A DNA stretch of 64,000 nt from NCBI GenBank assembly GCA_043228905.1, contig JBHGNT010000016.1:14012001-14076000 (forward strand), written 5' to 3'. Positions 13,570 to 24,886 of the stretch are shown in pieces. The DNA is from Azolla caroliniana (taxonomy: Eukaryota > Plantae > Polypodiophyta). The position numbers were made by a program, and so were the translations under genes. Position 1 is the first letter of the stretch; the number at the start of each line of letters is the position of its first letter. A model generated the notes under the pieces. The model searched no databases, had not been told where the DNA came from, and saw only the letters and a list, made by a program, of their open reading frames with translations.

Positions 13570-15820
13570 TCTCAAATTCTTCCTCCTCCTAGTCCAAAAC
13601 CTCGACGATTTCCACCCGACTCATGTAATGATCTGACGCCGAAAGGCACGACATCGGTGGATTCCCACCATCTCCCGGTTTCTACTTGTATACCCACTTA
13701 TTTTGGAGTGCCCTTTTTCCTTTCGGCAACTTGGTCAATTCGTATGTGCTTCTCATGCAAGGAATCCATCTCCTTGTCTGAGTCGGATTCAGGTTCTCTT
13801 TCGGCTTATTGTCTTCTTTCGACCGGTTCCCCTCGTTCCTCAATCGGCTCTTGGATTTGCCGATTATCTACTCGGCTCATTGGTTCGTATTTGTCTCCAG
13901 ATCGGCCACTGAATCCGATTCCTGATTTGAATTCGGTCGACTCTCCTTGTTCTTTAGTTGGCATTCAACTTCCGACCCGTTGGGAGGATGTATTTGTCTT
14001 CTCCTTCTCCCAATCGACAATTGTTTTCTCATCCATAAAGACAATGTCTCGGCTCTGAATGACTTTCCCCTCGGCTAGGTCCCATTGCCGATAGCCGCAT
14101 TCGTCGTCGCCGTAGCCGAGAAATATGCATGGCCAAGTAATCAGATCTAGTTTTCCCCTTGGGTCCTTAGCCACATGCACGTATGCAAGACAGATGAACA
14201 CCCTTAGGTTTCGATATGACATGTCTTTGCCGGACCACAATCTTTGTGGTATATCACCTTCCAAGGGTATCGAGGGAGACCTATTTATAACATAAACGAC
14301 TGTCATCAACACATCAACCCAATATATCATCGACAATTTTGCATGTGCCAACGTACATCAGACTCTCTCCATGATAGTACGGTTCATTCGCTCGGCCATC
14401 CCATTTAGCTCAAGCATCTTCCGCATTGTATACTCTAACCGAATACCTTGGGATCGACAACATACTTCAAACTACCCTCGATGCTCTCCTCCATTATTAG
14501 TTCGGATACCCTTCAACTTCCACAAGCCCACAACTTACGATTGTGATCATCAATGAAGGTAACAAAGTACTGTCCACTAGAATGAGACCTTGCGTTTACA
14601 TTGCATATGTCGGTGTGTACGAGTTCCAGCGGCATTCTCTTCCTTATCAGGGGCCTGGTTCGGAAGGAGGTTCTGTTTTGCTTGCCCGTCAAGCAATCGA
14701 TGCACTTCTCAAGTTGCACATTTATCACCTTTGGAATGAGGTTATTATCAACAAATCTCTGCATCCCTTTCTCGCTCATGTGACACAACCTCTTGTGCCA
14801 CAGTTCTCCGGCAATGTTGGCTGCCACGTTTACTTCCCCTCTGCATAATCGAGCATGCATCACATACAGTGTGCTTGTATTTTGAGCTCGGGCCACAATC
14901 AAGCTTCCGTTGTAGAACTTTAGGATGTCGTTTCGGATGCTACCTGTGTAGCCTTCATCATCCAACTGACCGGCTGATATCAGATTCAATCCGACTTCCA
15001 AAATGTGTCGAACATCCTTTAACACCAATTGGCACCTGGTTGATGTTAACAAACACATATCTCCTATGCTGACAATTCGGCATGGTCCTTCATTTCCCAT
15101 CTTTACAAGATCGTGATCTCCGACCTTGTATGATGAGAAGCACATTTGGTCGGGGGTTAGGTGAAATGATGCACCCAAATCGACTACCCATGTCGATTCT
15201 TCGTCAACAGGATTTAGTTCGTTTTACTCACTGATGAGCAACAGTTCCTATTCACTTGTCGTGATTGCCGACATGCCCTTTTGATCTGGATTCTTCTTCG
15301 GATTTGCACTGTTAGCTCCCCCTTTTTCCTTCTAGAAGTGTCGACAATTCTTGTGAAAGTGCCCCGGCTTCGCACAATAGAAGCATGTAGGTCTTCCCCT
15401 CAACTTCGACCTTGTCCATGACTTCTCTTGATTTTGGGGACTTCAATTCCAACTCTTCCTCGATTTATGTCACTTTCAGTGACTAAGGCCTTCGGCTCAG
15501 TAATGGACTCTCTATCCTTCTGACAAGATTCCTCATTTAGTAAGCTTGACTTCACTCGCTCTAGGGATAAATGCTTCCCTTCCGGTCCGATGTTGCCCAA
15601 AGTGACAACGAGCATCTCCCATCTATCCGGCAGGGATCCCAACAACAATGCTAATACCTCATTGGTAAGAAGTACTTCTAGAGAGGTGGTTTGCTTGATC
15701 AGTCCCTGGAAGACATTCAGATGCTCCATCATGCTGGAGCCATCTTGACACCGGAGTCTCACGATCTTTTTGAAAACTGAGACTTGGTTTACAACGTTCT
15801 TGTTCTCGAACATTACACCA
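13570..15820 (-). pseudogene. Copia (Tnt1-like) gag C-term/protease/integrase remnant, continuing the element interrupted by the DNA transposon
   Basis: GASFH protease, LWHKRLCHMS..C..C, YFVTFIDD, VIQSRDIVF motifs; many stops and frameshifts. Confidence 0.9.
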
Positions 15821-16178
15821 AACACGTTCGCGTTCACAAGTGGAAGGATCGCGCATAAATGGAAGGATAAGGGAAATTTTAGGGGTTTTTCAATGATTTT
15901 ACAAAACACATTGATACCAGTATCATACAAGTTCAAACATACTATGAAAAAGGTTAAAAATCCACTATTTCCGTGATTTAGAAGTAACTAAAAAAAGACG
16001 AATTTCAAAAACATACATTCTCAATTTATATCACAAACTTTACAACCAATGTTATTTTATAAGAAACGATTTTTGGGAAATCATAAGAATTCAAAACACA
16101 TGATTTTATATTACTCGATTTGTTACAAGCGGAATGTAGTTACACTTAATAGCCAAATATACATTCATGATCACTCCT

Positions 16179-18939
16179 TTACGGAGAATCACTACTATAA
16201 CTAATATACAATGACGATTCCTCCTCATCATCCTCGGATGTACCAATCAGTGCATTATCTTCGTCATAAACCAAATGGTTTGACTCTAGATTATATGTAG
16301 CAGATCTCGTTTGCCTTTGACTCGAGCCACCTTGTAGACCTGGTAATTTTTCTTTTATTATATCTATTGTTGACTTCCTTAATCGTCCGGCTTTTGTAAG
16401 TGTGAAGTCGTACACGATGATATCCACATCAGAGATATCAAGGGTCGAGGTGTTACGAATGTTTCGCTTCCTCTTCCTACCTCCCCTTCTTGTTTGGCAT
16501 TCAATCATCTCCAATGTATACTTACCTGTAAAAGCATTTGCACTTCTAGTGTTGTACCAATGAACATTTATAGACTTGATCGTGTTTTCTATTTCATGCA
16601 TTAGCACTTCTAGAATTTTACCAACCCAAAATTGGTGGCCATGTGAGTTCTCATCAGCCGGCGGTGAGCTCTTGCAAATTTCCTTGCCATCTAGCTTCGG
16701 CTGCTTTGGTCATCCTTGGTCCCACATAAATGTCTCTTTGTTGTGGATGGACCAAGCTGTCATTAATCGCATTTACTAGTCGCTCCGGACTTCTATTTAC
16801 GCGATCATGTTGCAGCGACCATGTGAATGGCGTTTCCAAATTCCAATTATCAACAGATACACAATTGTCTATAATTTCTTTCTGATCACTATAAAATACA
16901 TCCCACCATGACGTGTCTTGTTGTGCGGCATATTTCTTGGCGGCCTCAATATGTTTTCTTTTTTCTTCTAAGGCTTGGAGCCATGACCGTTTTTGTTCTA
17001 ATACCAAGTCGCTCTGCAACTGTCCTTTCTTCTCAATTGGCATTTGCTTAGCTCCATGGACAATTGTACTCGGCATACAAAGTAATAACTGGCAACCACC
17101 TTCAGGTTCCCATGTTGTAGAAGATGAATATTGTTTAGCATACAAAAGTGTAGAACCACTTATTCCATTTTTCTTTATCAAAAAAATGTGATTGAAACTT
17201 ATATTGTTTAACTGAGCAAGCACTTTAACATTCCCACCACCCCCATCTAATATATATCTCTTAAAGTCATATACCTCCTTCAAGTGTAACACTTTTGGGC
17301 GTGGTGTATATGCATCACAAATGACATCAAATAGTTTAGGTAAAGTGAAAGCATCATGCCGAGACAACTGTCTGGAGAATGTGCTAAACATCTGATCTAT
17401 ATGGTCATGTGTGTGGCCAACCAAAAGGAAATTGACTTTCACTTTCCTAAACAATTCTAGGTTGACCAACATACTTAGATAGCCAAATACAGTTGAATTT
17501 TTGTTCTCTCTAGCAGTATTGTCCAATTGAATGTATAGAACAGGGGGGAAAGGTTGTCCCCAAGACATCAAAACTCGGTGAATCATTGTAACTGTTAGGT
17601 TAGGGTCATTGTGAACATTGGGGTAAGTAATGAAGACATGAGGTCGAACAGACCTATTATAAGCCAAGCATCCCACCAAGTGCATTTGAACAAGGCACTC
17701 ATCATTGACATCTTTGGGGAGCCTCCGCATATGCGGCAAGCATGTCTTCTTCTGGTCCATGCCATCTATCATTAAGCACATGTATTGTTCAGGCCTCGTC
17801 AAACACTTCTCTCTATGATGCATCGCCTTCCTTCGTTCTAAGGATTGTGCCTCACGATGCTCTTGTAGTAACTTCTTACTCGTATCCTTTTCCATTGATG
17901 TCTTTGCACCTTTAGCCAAACTTTTAAGATTTGCACAAATGGAGCAATAACCCATACGTACTTTACGAGGAATAATAACATTTGAAAACTGAGCTCTCCA
18001 TAATCTTGTGAATTGGCTATAGGTGATAGACTTATTACGTGAGCCCAGCATTTCAGATCGATAGACATCATAAACTTCCCGACGGGTATAATTATCAGAA
18101 AGATGCATCCTACCTGTAGTGGGCATTACTTCACAATTTAACTGAAAGTAAGTTTTCATCCAGCCAATAGCTAGTCTTCCAATTGCACCTTTCATACTTG
18201 GAACCTCTTTACAATTGAGCATCTGATCCCCGCTAAGTAGACGTTGTTGTACTCTATGTAGCCGCATGTTACTAACACATAACACAATTTTGAATGCAAC
18301 TCTACATATCAGTTGCGCATGGAAGATATAATACTCGAATGATACTTTGATCCCCGTACATTTGTCAGATACTAGTTGCATATGTGATCCGAGGTAAGTG
18401 TCTTGCTCATCACCGGTCATCGAAAAATAGTATCGCCTTAATTCTCGCAACTTTGATTTTCCAATCATAGACATACAACCACGGGCACAACATATTTTGT
18501 TGACATCAAATCCAATCTGTTTATCTGATGTCACCAAGCTAAATCTAGCCAGACGAATTCTTCGTGGGATTCTTCTAATATGCATAGGGCTCCCAGATTT
18601 CTCTTCCTGCATAGAGGTTGGTGTAACCTTGTTACAGTCTAATTCTCTGTTCTGACCATCGCCAATGTTATTCAATGTTTCCTGGGCACTTCCTTCATTC
18701 TCGGTATCTTTATTAATATCGTATTCTTCAATAGAGAACTCTTCACATGTGTCATTATTTACATTCCCTGTAGATGAGCTCAGACAATATTCTTCGATAG
18801 AATATGGTGAGTCGGTCGAAAGACAATATTCTTCAATCGAATATGGTGACTCTGTTGACAAACAATACTCTTCAGTAGAAAACGATGGGTCTGATGACAA
18901 ACAATATTCTTCAATCGAGAACGGTGAATCTTCACTCAT
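16179..18939 (-). CDS. Sola-like (DUF7869-type) DDD transposase: 761-aa ORF plus a frameshifted ~160-aa C-terminal domain
   Basis: CSIC zinc motif; candidate triad IDGMDQ / QLDNTARENKN / GHTHDHIDQMFS; after the stop at 16654 another frame continues ADENSHGHQFWVGKIL..VHWY..FTLTKAGRL to 16179. Confidence 0.85.
18780..18936 (-). repeat. Four 39-bp (13-aa) tandem repeats at the transposase N-terminus
   Basis: SEDSPFSIEEYCL / SSDPSFSTEEYCL / STESPYSIEEYCL / STDSPYSIEEYCL, plus a degenerate FSIEEY further on. Confidence 0.9.
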
Positions 18940-19209
18940 GGCTTAAGGTCTAGATAGGGCTCTCTAAGTTATACTCCTCTCTAACCATATACTCCTCCCT
19001 AAACATAAACTTCTCTCTAAACAAAAGCCAAATCAATAGAATGTCTATATTATGTAATATTCTATTAATACAATACATCTAAAAATTATTTTTAATAAAG
19101 TAATTTAACTTAAATTATCAATCATTATATAAACTAGATCTAAATGATGTTAAATCAAGTAAAATATAAAACTAATCATTAACAAGCCTTGAATATGTTG
19201 GATTAATGT

Positions 19210-19400
19210 TAAAATCATTGGCTAATTAATGACACCCATTTTGATATAGAACGTCTCACTCATTGGTTCTTTAATGCTCACCATTTTAAATATTAGACTT
19301 ATCAATCATTGGTTAATTCATGCCCACATCTTTAATACATAACATTTGAGAGTCATAAAAATTGTTGCTTTTAGTAATCAATCATTGGTACATTCATGAA
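19210..19400. promoter_or_regulatory. Degenerate ~44-bp repeats with ATTGG (CCAAT boxes) between the divergent genes
   Basis: TCATTGG recurs at about 19215, 19260, 19306 and 19382. Confidence 0.45.
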
Positions 19401-19610
19401 CCTCTATCATTGTCTCCTTCATAACCTTTAAAGTGATTGTAGGTTGTTATGAGTATAAAAGATTGATCAATATGTTAGTTTGACTTTGTAATCATTAATA
19501 CAATCATAAGTTACTATAGTTAATGTGACTATGGTTACAAACTAACTATCCTCAAAGTTACCAACATTGGTTAAGGTGACTATGGTTACTTTAACCATGG
19601 GTTCAATCCC

Positions 19611-19618
19611 TATAAATA
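19611..19618 (+). promoter_or_regulatory. TATA box of the methyltransferase gene
   Basis: TATAAATA ~150 bp upstream of ATG 19762, followed by a 5' UTR with 9-bp CAGAGCACA repeats. Confidence 0.55.
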
Positions 19619-19761
19619 GGAAGACCTCATCATATTTCACTCACCAGAGCGTACAGAGCGCACAGAGCACACAGAACGCAGAGAGCACACAGAGCACACA
19701 AAGCACTCAGAGCACAAAGCACGAAAGCGCGATCTCCGCCTCCACTTCAACACGATCAACC

Positions 19762-22700
19762 ATGTCTTCCAAGAGAATCGAGCGCGAGGAGTCCAGGTAG
19801 GCCTCTGACACTGTGGACATTTTTGTAAATATGTTTCGTTTCTCAAGAACTCGATACGGCGTATCGAGTTCATGTATACAATACAAATATTTATACACGA
19901 ACTCGATACACCGTATCGAGTTCGTGTATAAATATTTGTATTGTATACATGAACTCGATACGCCGTATCGAGTTCATGTTTAAAGTGTAGGTTTTAAACA
20001 CGAACTCGATACGCCGTATCGAGTTCGTGTTTAAAGTGTAGGTTTTAAACACGAACTCGATACGCCGTATCGAGTGCGTGTTTAAAGTGTAGGTTTTAAA
20101 CACGAACTCGATAACACGAACTCGATACGGCGTATCGAGTTCGTGTTTAAAGTGTAGGTTTTAAACACGAACTCGATACGCCGTATCGAGTTCGTGTTTA
20201 AAGTGTAGCCTTTGAGAGAGAAAAATCGTTTACGGGGTGGAAATGATATCAAATTGTCTGGTAAAATCAGTCTTTTTTATGTTGACTTTACTTACTTTTA
20301 AACAAATACATGCTCTAATTATAGGTGTTTTATGACCTACTTTAGCTTAAAATAGTAGAAAATGATCTACAAATTGCCTTCACTATGGCAAATTCTCCTC
20401 AATATAGGTTTAGAATCTATATAAGTCATACCTACTATTTAAAAGAATATATAACCCGTTTTACTTATTACGATATATATTTTCTAGGTTGAATAGCCCT
20501 GCCTATAATAGATTTTTGAATATGTTATTGCTCCTGGAAACTGTTCTTCATTATAATAACAACTTCAATCTACGTGACTGTCTAACTTATGTTTTTGCAT
20601 ATACTTTCTTAAATAGGTCGTTTGAGAACCTGTCAGACCGACCCGTGAAGAAAATTAAGCTTCGCATACAAGGTTCTCCAATCGAAGCCCAGACCAAGGT
20701 AACTCCGGAGACCATGAAGAGAGGAAAAAAGCTTCTCTTTAACGAAGAGACAAAATCTCAGCCACATAGTGATGTAAGCCAAAAGAAACTTGTCGCCGCT
20801 ACTGGAGGCGAAGACCTTCCTGACCGAGATCTAACGGACAAGGAATGGTGTATGCAATATGTCGACTCAAAGAAAAAAGTCGTATTGTATACAGCAAAGA
20901 AGAAGGGTGAGGGCAGCTAGGAAAAGAAACTCCATTTATGTATGGCCGAATTTTACGATTTGACTACGAAGATGCAGATTCGGCCAACATACTGGTAATG
21001 ATAGAGTGCTCCAAGGGGGTACGCAAAGTGTTCCTTTCAGAAGACCTTTTAGTAAAGGAATCTTGTGGGCCTGAAGTGTTCAAAAAAGCACTTGATAACT
21101 CACAAAACCTGATTGTTACCTTGAGGCCTTATATACAAGGCCATGTAACTCTAAGAGATGAAGAGCCCTCCCACTTGAAGGCCACAAAAAAGGTATCCAA
21201 AGTCCAGTCAAGACCAGCCAAGAAGAAGACAACGAAAATGTCGGATACGGATTCGACAAGTGAAAATGAAGAAGAGGATAATAAGGGGACGCCAGGAGCC
21301 GAGCTGGCCTCGGGTGTCTTGTCATCCGAGCAGAATAAAATAAGGAGAGAGTTAATGCAACGGAAGCTGGTCAGGAAAGGGCAAGTATTTAATTTGCCTA
21401 TAACACACATCCATCGGCCCCCTATTGATGAAAAAACAGGTCGAAGACCACTTGAGATTAGAGAGCCTCATCGCATGCATGTTCAAAATCTCAAGAAAAA
21501 AATGAAAATTAATCCTCATGCCACAGTGGTGCCTTTTATTGTTATGGTGGATCCTGAAGAATGTGAAACCATTGAAGATTTGATATCAGAAAGCATGATC
21601 AATATAATTATTTTGTCATTGGTGGATCGCATTCAGCAGAGGCACGTCGGCAACTTGTGAGAGAACATCCAACCACTTTCTTCTTCAAGTATGCCGAGTG
21701 CAAAATTTATGTTGGGCTCACAACCGAAGAGGCTAAGCTGTTGGCATGGGACCATAATAATGATAATGACTATAGGCAGAAAATGTCGTCTATTGAGCGT
21801 ATACGGTTCTTCCACCACGAGTATTTAGATGTGAAACAAAAGTTTGGTGTGAAGTTACATCCAGGCCTTCGACGTCAATGTCTGCATGAAGTCGGCATTG
21901 TGGTAGATGATAATGTTAGGTCCGATGGTCTTCGAAAGTATGAATCTTGGTTTCAATTGGCGTTTAGAGATGGAGAAGTATGGGACCTCCAAGATCAAAT
22001 ATTCTCAATGTGGGAGAATAAGGAGGTAAAGGGTCAACGACAAAAGAAATGTAGGGTTGACCCTCAATTAGAATTAAAGTCACAAGCCGCCAAGAAAATT
22101 GACTTGACAATTGAAGAAGCGGCAGACGACATGAAGCTGTCTCTATGGAGAGCGATGCAAGGTATTAAGGACGAGCAGCTTCTTGTGTCGGTTTTGTCAA
22201 GGGTTGTGGCGAAAGATTTAAGCCTTGAAGAAATGGTCACTGAGTTCAATAAGTAAGTCTTTCAAATACTGAAATTGTAGTCTATCTGGTGTAATTCAAA
22301 GTTCTAATCTTGATTTCTAATTTTACAGTCATAAGGTGTACATGAAGATCCAAGAAGTAATGATGAAACAACTTGGATGTATAACTTGGGAACAAGTGAC
22401 CGAGGATTATCCTCTAACGTCTTCGTATAAGGCGTTATCAGAGTATTTTATTGCATTCAAGGATTGGGTTAGTATTGATGTTTTTTCATTACCCTTTCAT
22501 CATATGTAGAGCTTGTATAATAATACCTGATGTCCTATTGCTTCTATTAGAAACCGTGTCGAGGCAAGAAACAAGGAGAAGTTAAGGATATACACGATTT
22601 CCCTACATCCTTCCTTGCACATCTCGAGCGAGCCAGAAAAGAAAAGGATCGTCGCTTAGTCAAGGCGTACGAAATGGAGGAAGATGGCTCGTTAAAAAAT

Positions 22701-23839
22701 TTTAGCCACAAAAAAGATATTACGAGAGATCTTTACTACAATGTGGTTTGCGGTGATGTCATCGACTTGATCCAGAAGGTGCCAAAGAAGGAATATACGC
22801 TAATGATTGCGGATATTCCTTACGGATTTCGAATGGCTGGGTCATCATACGACGATGAACCGTTTAGGTTTAAACAATTGGAGAAGATGGTCAAGGATTT
22901 CGCTGAGCTAACGACCGCATCCTTGTGGCGAATAGTTGTCTTTCATAGTATGGACCAAGGGTACTCGGTAGCTCAAGCTTTGAGATCTCGTTGCCATGGC
23001 ATCGAGAACCTTGCATGGTAAGGATTATTTATAGGTGTCTTTCATTATATTGCAATTCTTAAGGTTGTTGAATCTATTCTTAACTCGATGAATTATTTTT
23101 TATAGGATCAAGACCAATGTAAATAGAGGGCCAACTTTTCGGTTCGTTAATGCCATTGAATACATAACGGTTGGCTACTTCGATGAAATTAAAAAACAGA
23201 GAATCAAAGAGCATTCTAATGAAGTGGGAGGTTCAAATCTGTTGGTATATCCAGCAGTGACTCGGAAATTGCGACATGTCACCACGACAGAACGGGGACT
23301 TGTCAACCCATACCAAAAACCTCAACGACTTATGATGCGCTTGATCGAGATGTTTTCTGTCGAAGGAGACTGGATATTAGATCTCTTTTCTGGCACAGGT
23401 ATTCCTCGAACTAGGGTAACGATCTTGAGATAACCAATCACTTTTTTTCGTTTGACAACTAAATCTTCTTGTTACTTACATCATAGGAACTACGTCAGCA
23501 TGTGCATTGAAGCTGTTTAGAAATACAGTTGCATTGGAGAAGGACGAGGACCAAGTTATATTTATTAATATGCGGATTAAGGCTTTGTGGGAGTGCCCAG
23601 ACCAGGATGAGGAGGTCGGTGCAAAGAACCTCGCCAATACAGAAAGGTTTCAACCTGCTTCGCGAGAGCCTATTCCTCCGTTAGCCGGCGAACCGGGGGA
23701 GCTAATAGAGCTTGATGATGAGCTTATAGAAGATATTTCGTTGGCTCGGCTAACAGGGGAAACCAATGCACGTATAGCCGAAGACAGTTCTACACAAGAT
23801 GATGAAGAAAATGACGTTGATGAATTGATTGCTATGTAA
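19762..23839 (+). CDS. ParB/Srx-like domain + beta-class N6-adenine/N4-cytosine DNA methyltransferase; exons 19762-19796, 20617-22252, 22329-22467, 22551-23017, 23106-23398, 23487-23839; ~974 aa if two 1-bp frameshifts are corrected
   Basis: Five GT-AG introns, all phase-compatible; ParB-like R..HVQNLKKKM..PFIV..YFVIGGSHSAEARRQL; MTase GDVIDLI, ADIPYG (motif IV), W.K, NPYQKPQRL, ILDLFSGTGTT..ALKLFRNTVALEKD (motif I); frameshifts near 20912 (G run) and 21580 (T run). Confidence 0.85.
19847..20208. repeat. Array of palindromic repeats (51-52-bp period) in intron 1 of the MTase gene
   Basis: Core GAACTCGATACG-N-CGTATCGAGTTC at 19847, 19899, 19951, 20002, 20053, 20118, 20169 (single mismatches in two), half copy at 20104; most later units extend to a 43-bp palindrome TTTAAACACGAACTCGATACG-N-CGTATCGAGTTCGTGTTTAAA. 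Confidence 0.97.
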
Positions 23840-24886
23840 TAGACTCTATAAAGAATATGACACTGACGATTTGTTAAGATCTCACATTATTAATACAAAT
23901 TTTGGGTTTTACCTAGTGGATTCTATTCTTTATAATCATCTATATGTTTCAATTTTATTTTTATATACTTGATTAGTAGATTTATGATATTGGTTTCACC
24001 GCGTGCATAGCTGACTACCAAACTTTTGGAGAAACATGAACTAGATTAAATGGAGGCTGATTTTGGTCCAAGCTAACCTTAACAGAACATGGCCCTATAA
24101 TTATTGCCATGACTGTCCATGTTGTTATTATGGATCTTTGTCTTATATTGTTAAAACTATTATGTTTCTATTCCATTGCTGCTTAGATTGTGTAGTGTGT
24201 TGATAATGGTTCCAGTTGCGTTATCGTTCGGAGTTTGATCTTGTGTGAATCACCTAAGCAATAGAGTAGATCAATTTTAAATACAGGTATGAAAGCCTAA
24301 TAGGTTTGTTATTTCCACGACATTATCCTAAAGTTCACTGCCTTACATTGTGCACAATTATATACACATATGGTTTGATCCCATATGAACAAACTGAGGA
24401 ATAGATTAGATCAACTTTTAATATAAGTATTGAATACTTTAATAAGTTAGTTATTCCAATCACTTATCCTAATGTGCACTATCCTACATTTTCGACAATT
24501 ACATACATGCACGTATGGGTCAAAGTATAAATTATATCTCATTTTATTAGTATGGATACAAGTACACCTCATATTTTTGTAAAACCTACCTAATTAATAT
24601 AAGTCTTTAAGTTAGTGTTTCCCTTGTCGCACAATAGTGCCATATTGAGCCATAGTTGAACTTTATTTAGATACATTAACTTATCAACATGTCTAAACTT
24701 GCATGATTTCTAATGATCTCCACTCGTAGATCTATCATGTATTTTTATATTTGCAAATTCTTATCAAGTTGAGGAACATGTGATACTAGTGCATCCAATT
24801 ATTGTAGAGAGGGTGTATTTTCTTCGTTTTAAGAAGATTCTACAAGTGGAATGCGCAATCCTTCCACTTGTGAACGCGAACGTGTT

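Larger units (their letters stand above)
15821..24886. mobile_element. Sola-like DNA transposon (9,066 bp) carrying a transposase and a ParB-like/DNA methyltransferase gene
   Basis: 36-bp TIRs AACACGTTCGCGTTCACAAGTGGAAGGAT(C/T)GCGCAT at 15821-15856 and 24851-24886 (1 mismatch); 4-bp TSD ACCA at 15817-15820 and 24887-24890; removal restores Copia gag WKNIG-VMFENKN. Confidence 0.92.

Noticed and set aside
19847-20208. CRISPR array
   Set aside because: Spacers are short and identical or mirror images rather than unique; no cas genes; lies in a eukaryotic intron
19762-23839. Bacterial or phage contamination
   Set aside because: Five spliceosomal introns, and TIR/TSD junctions continuous with plant Copia sequence
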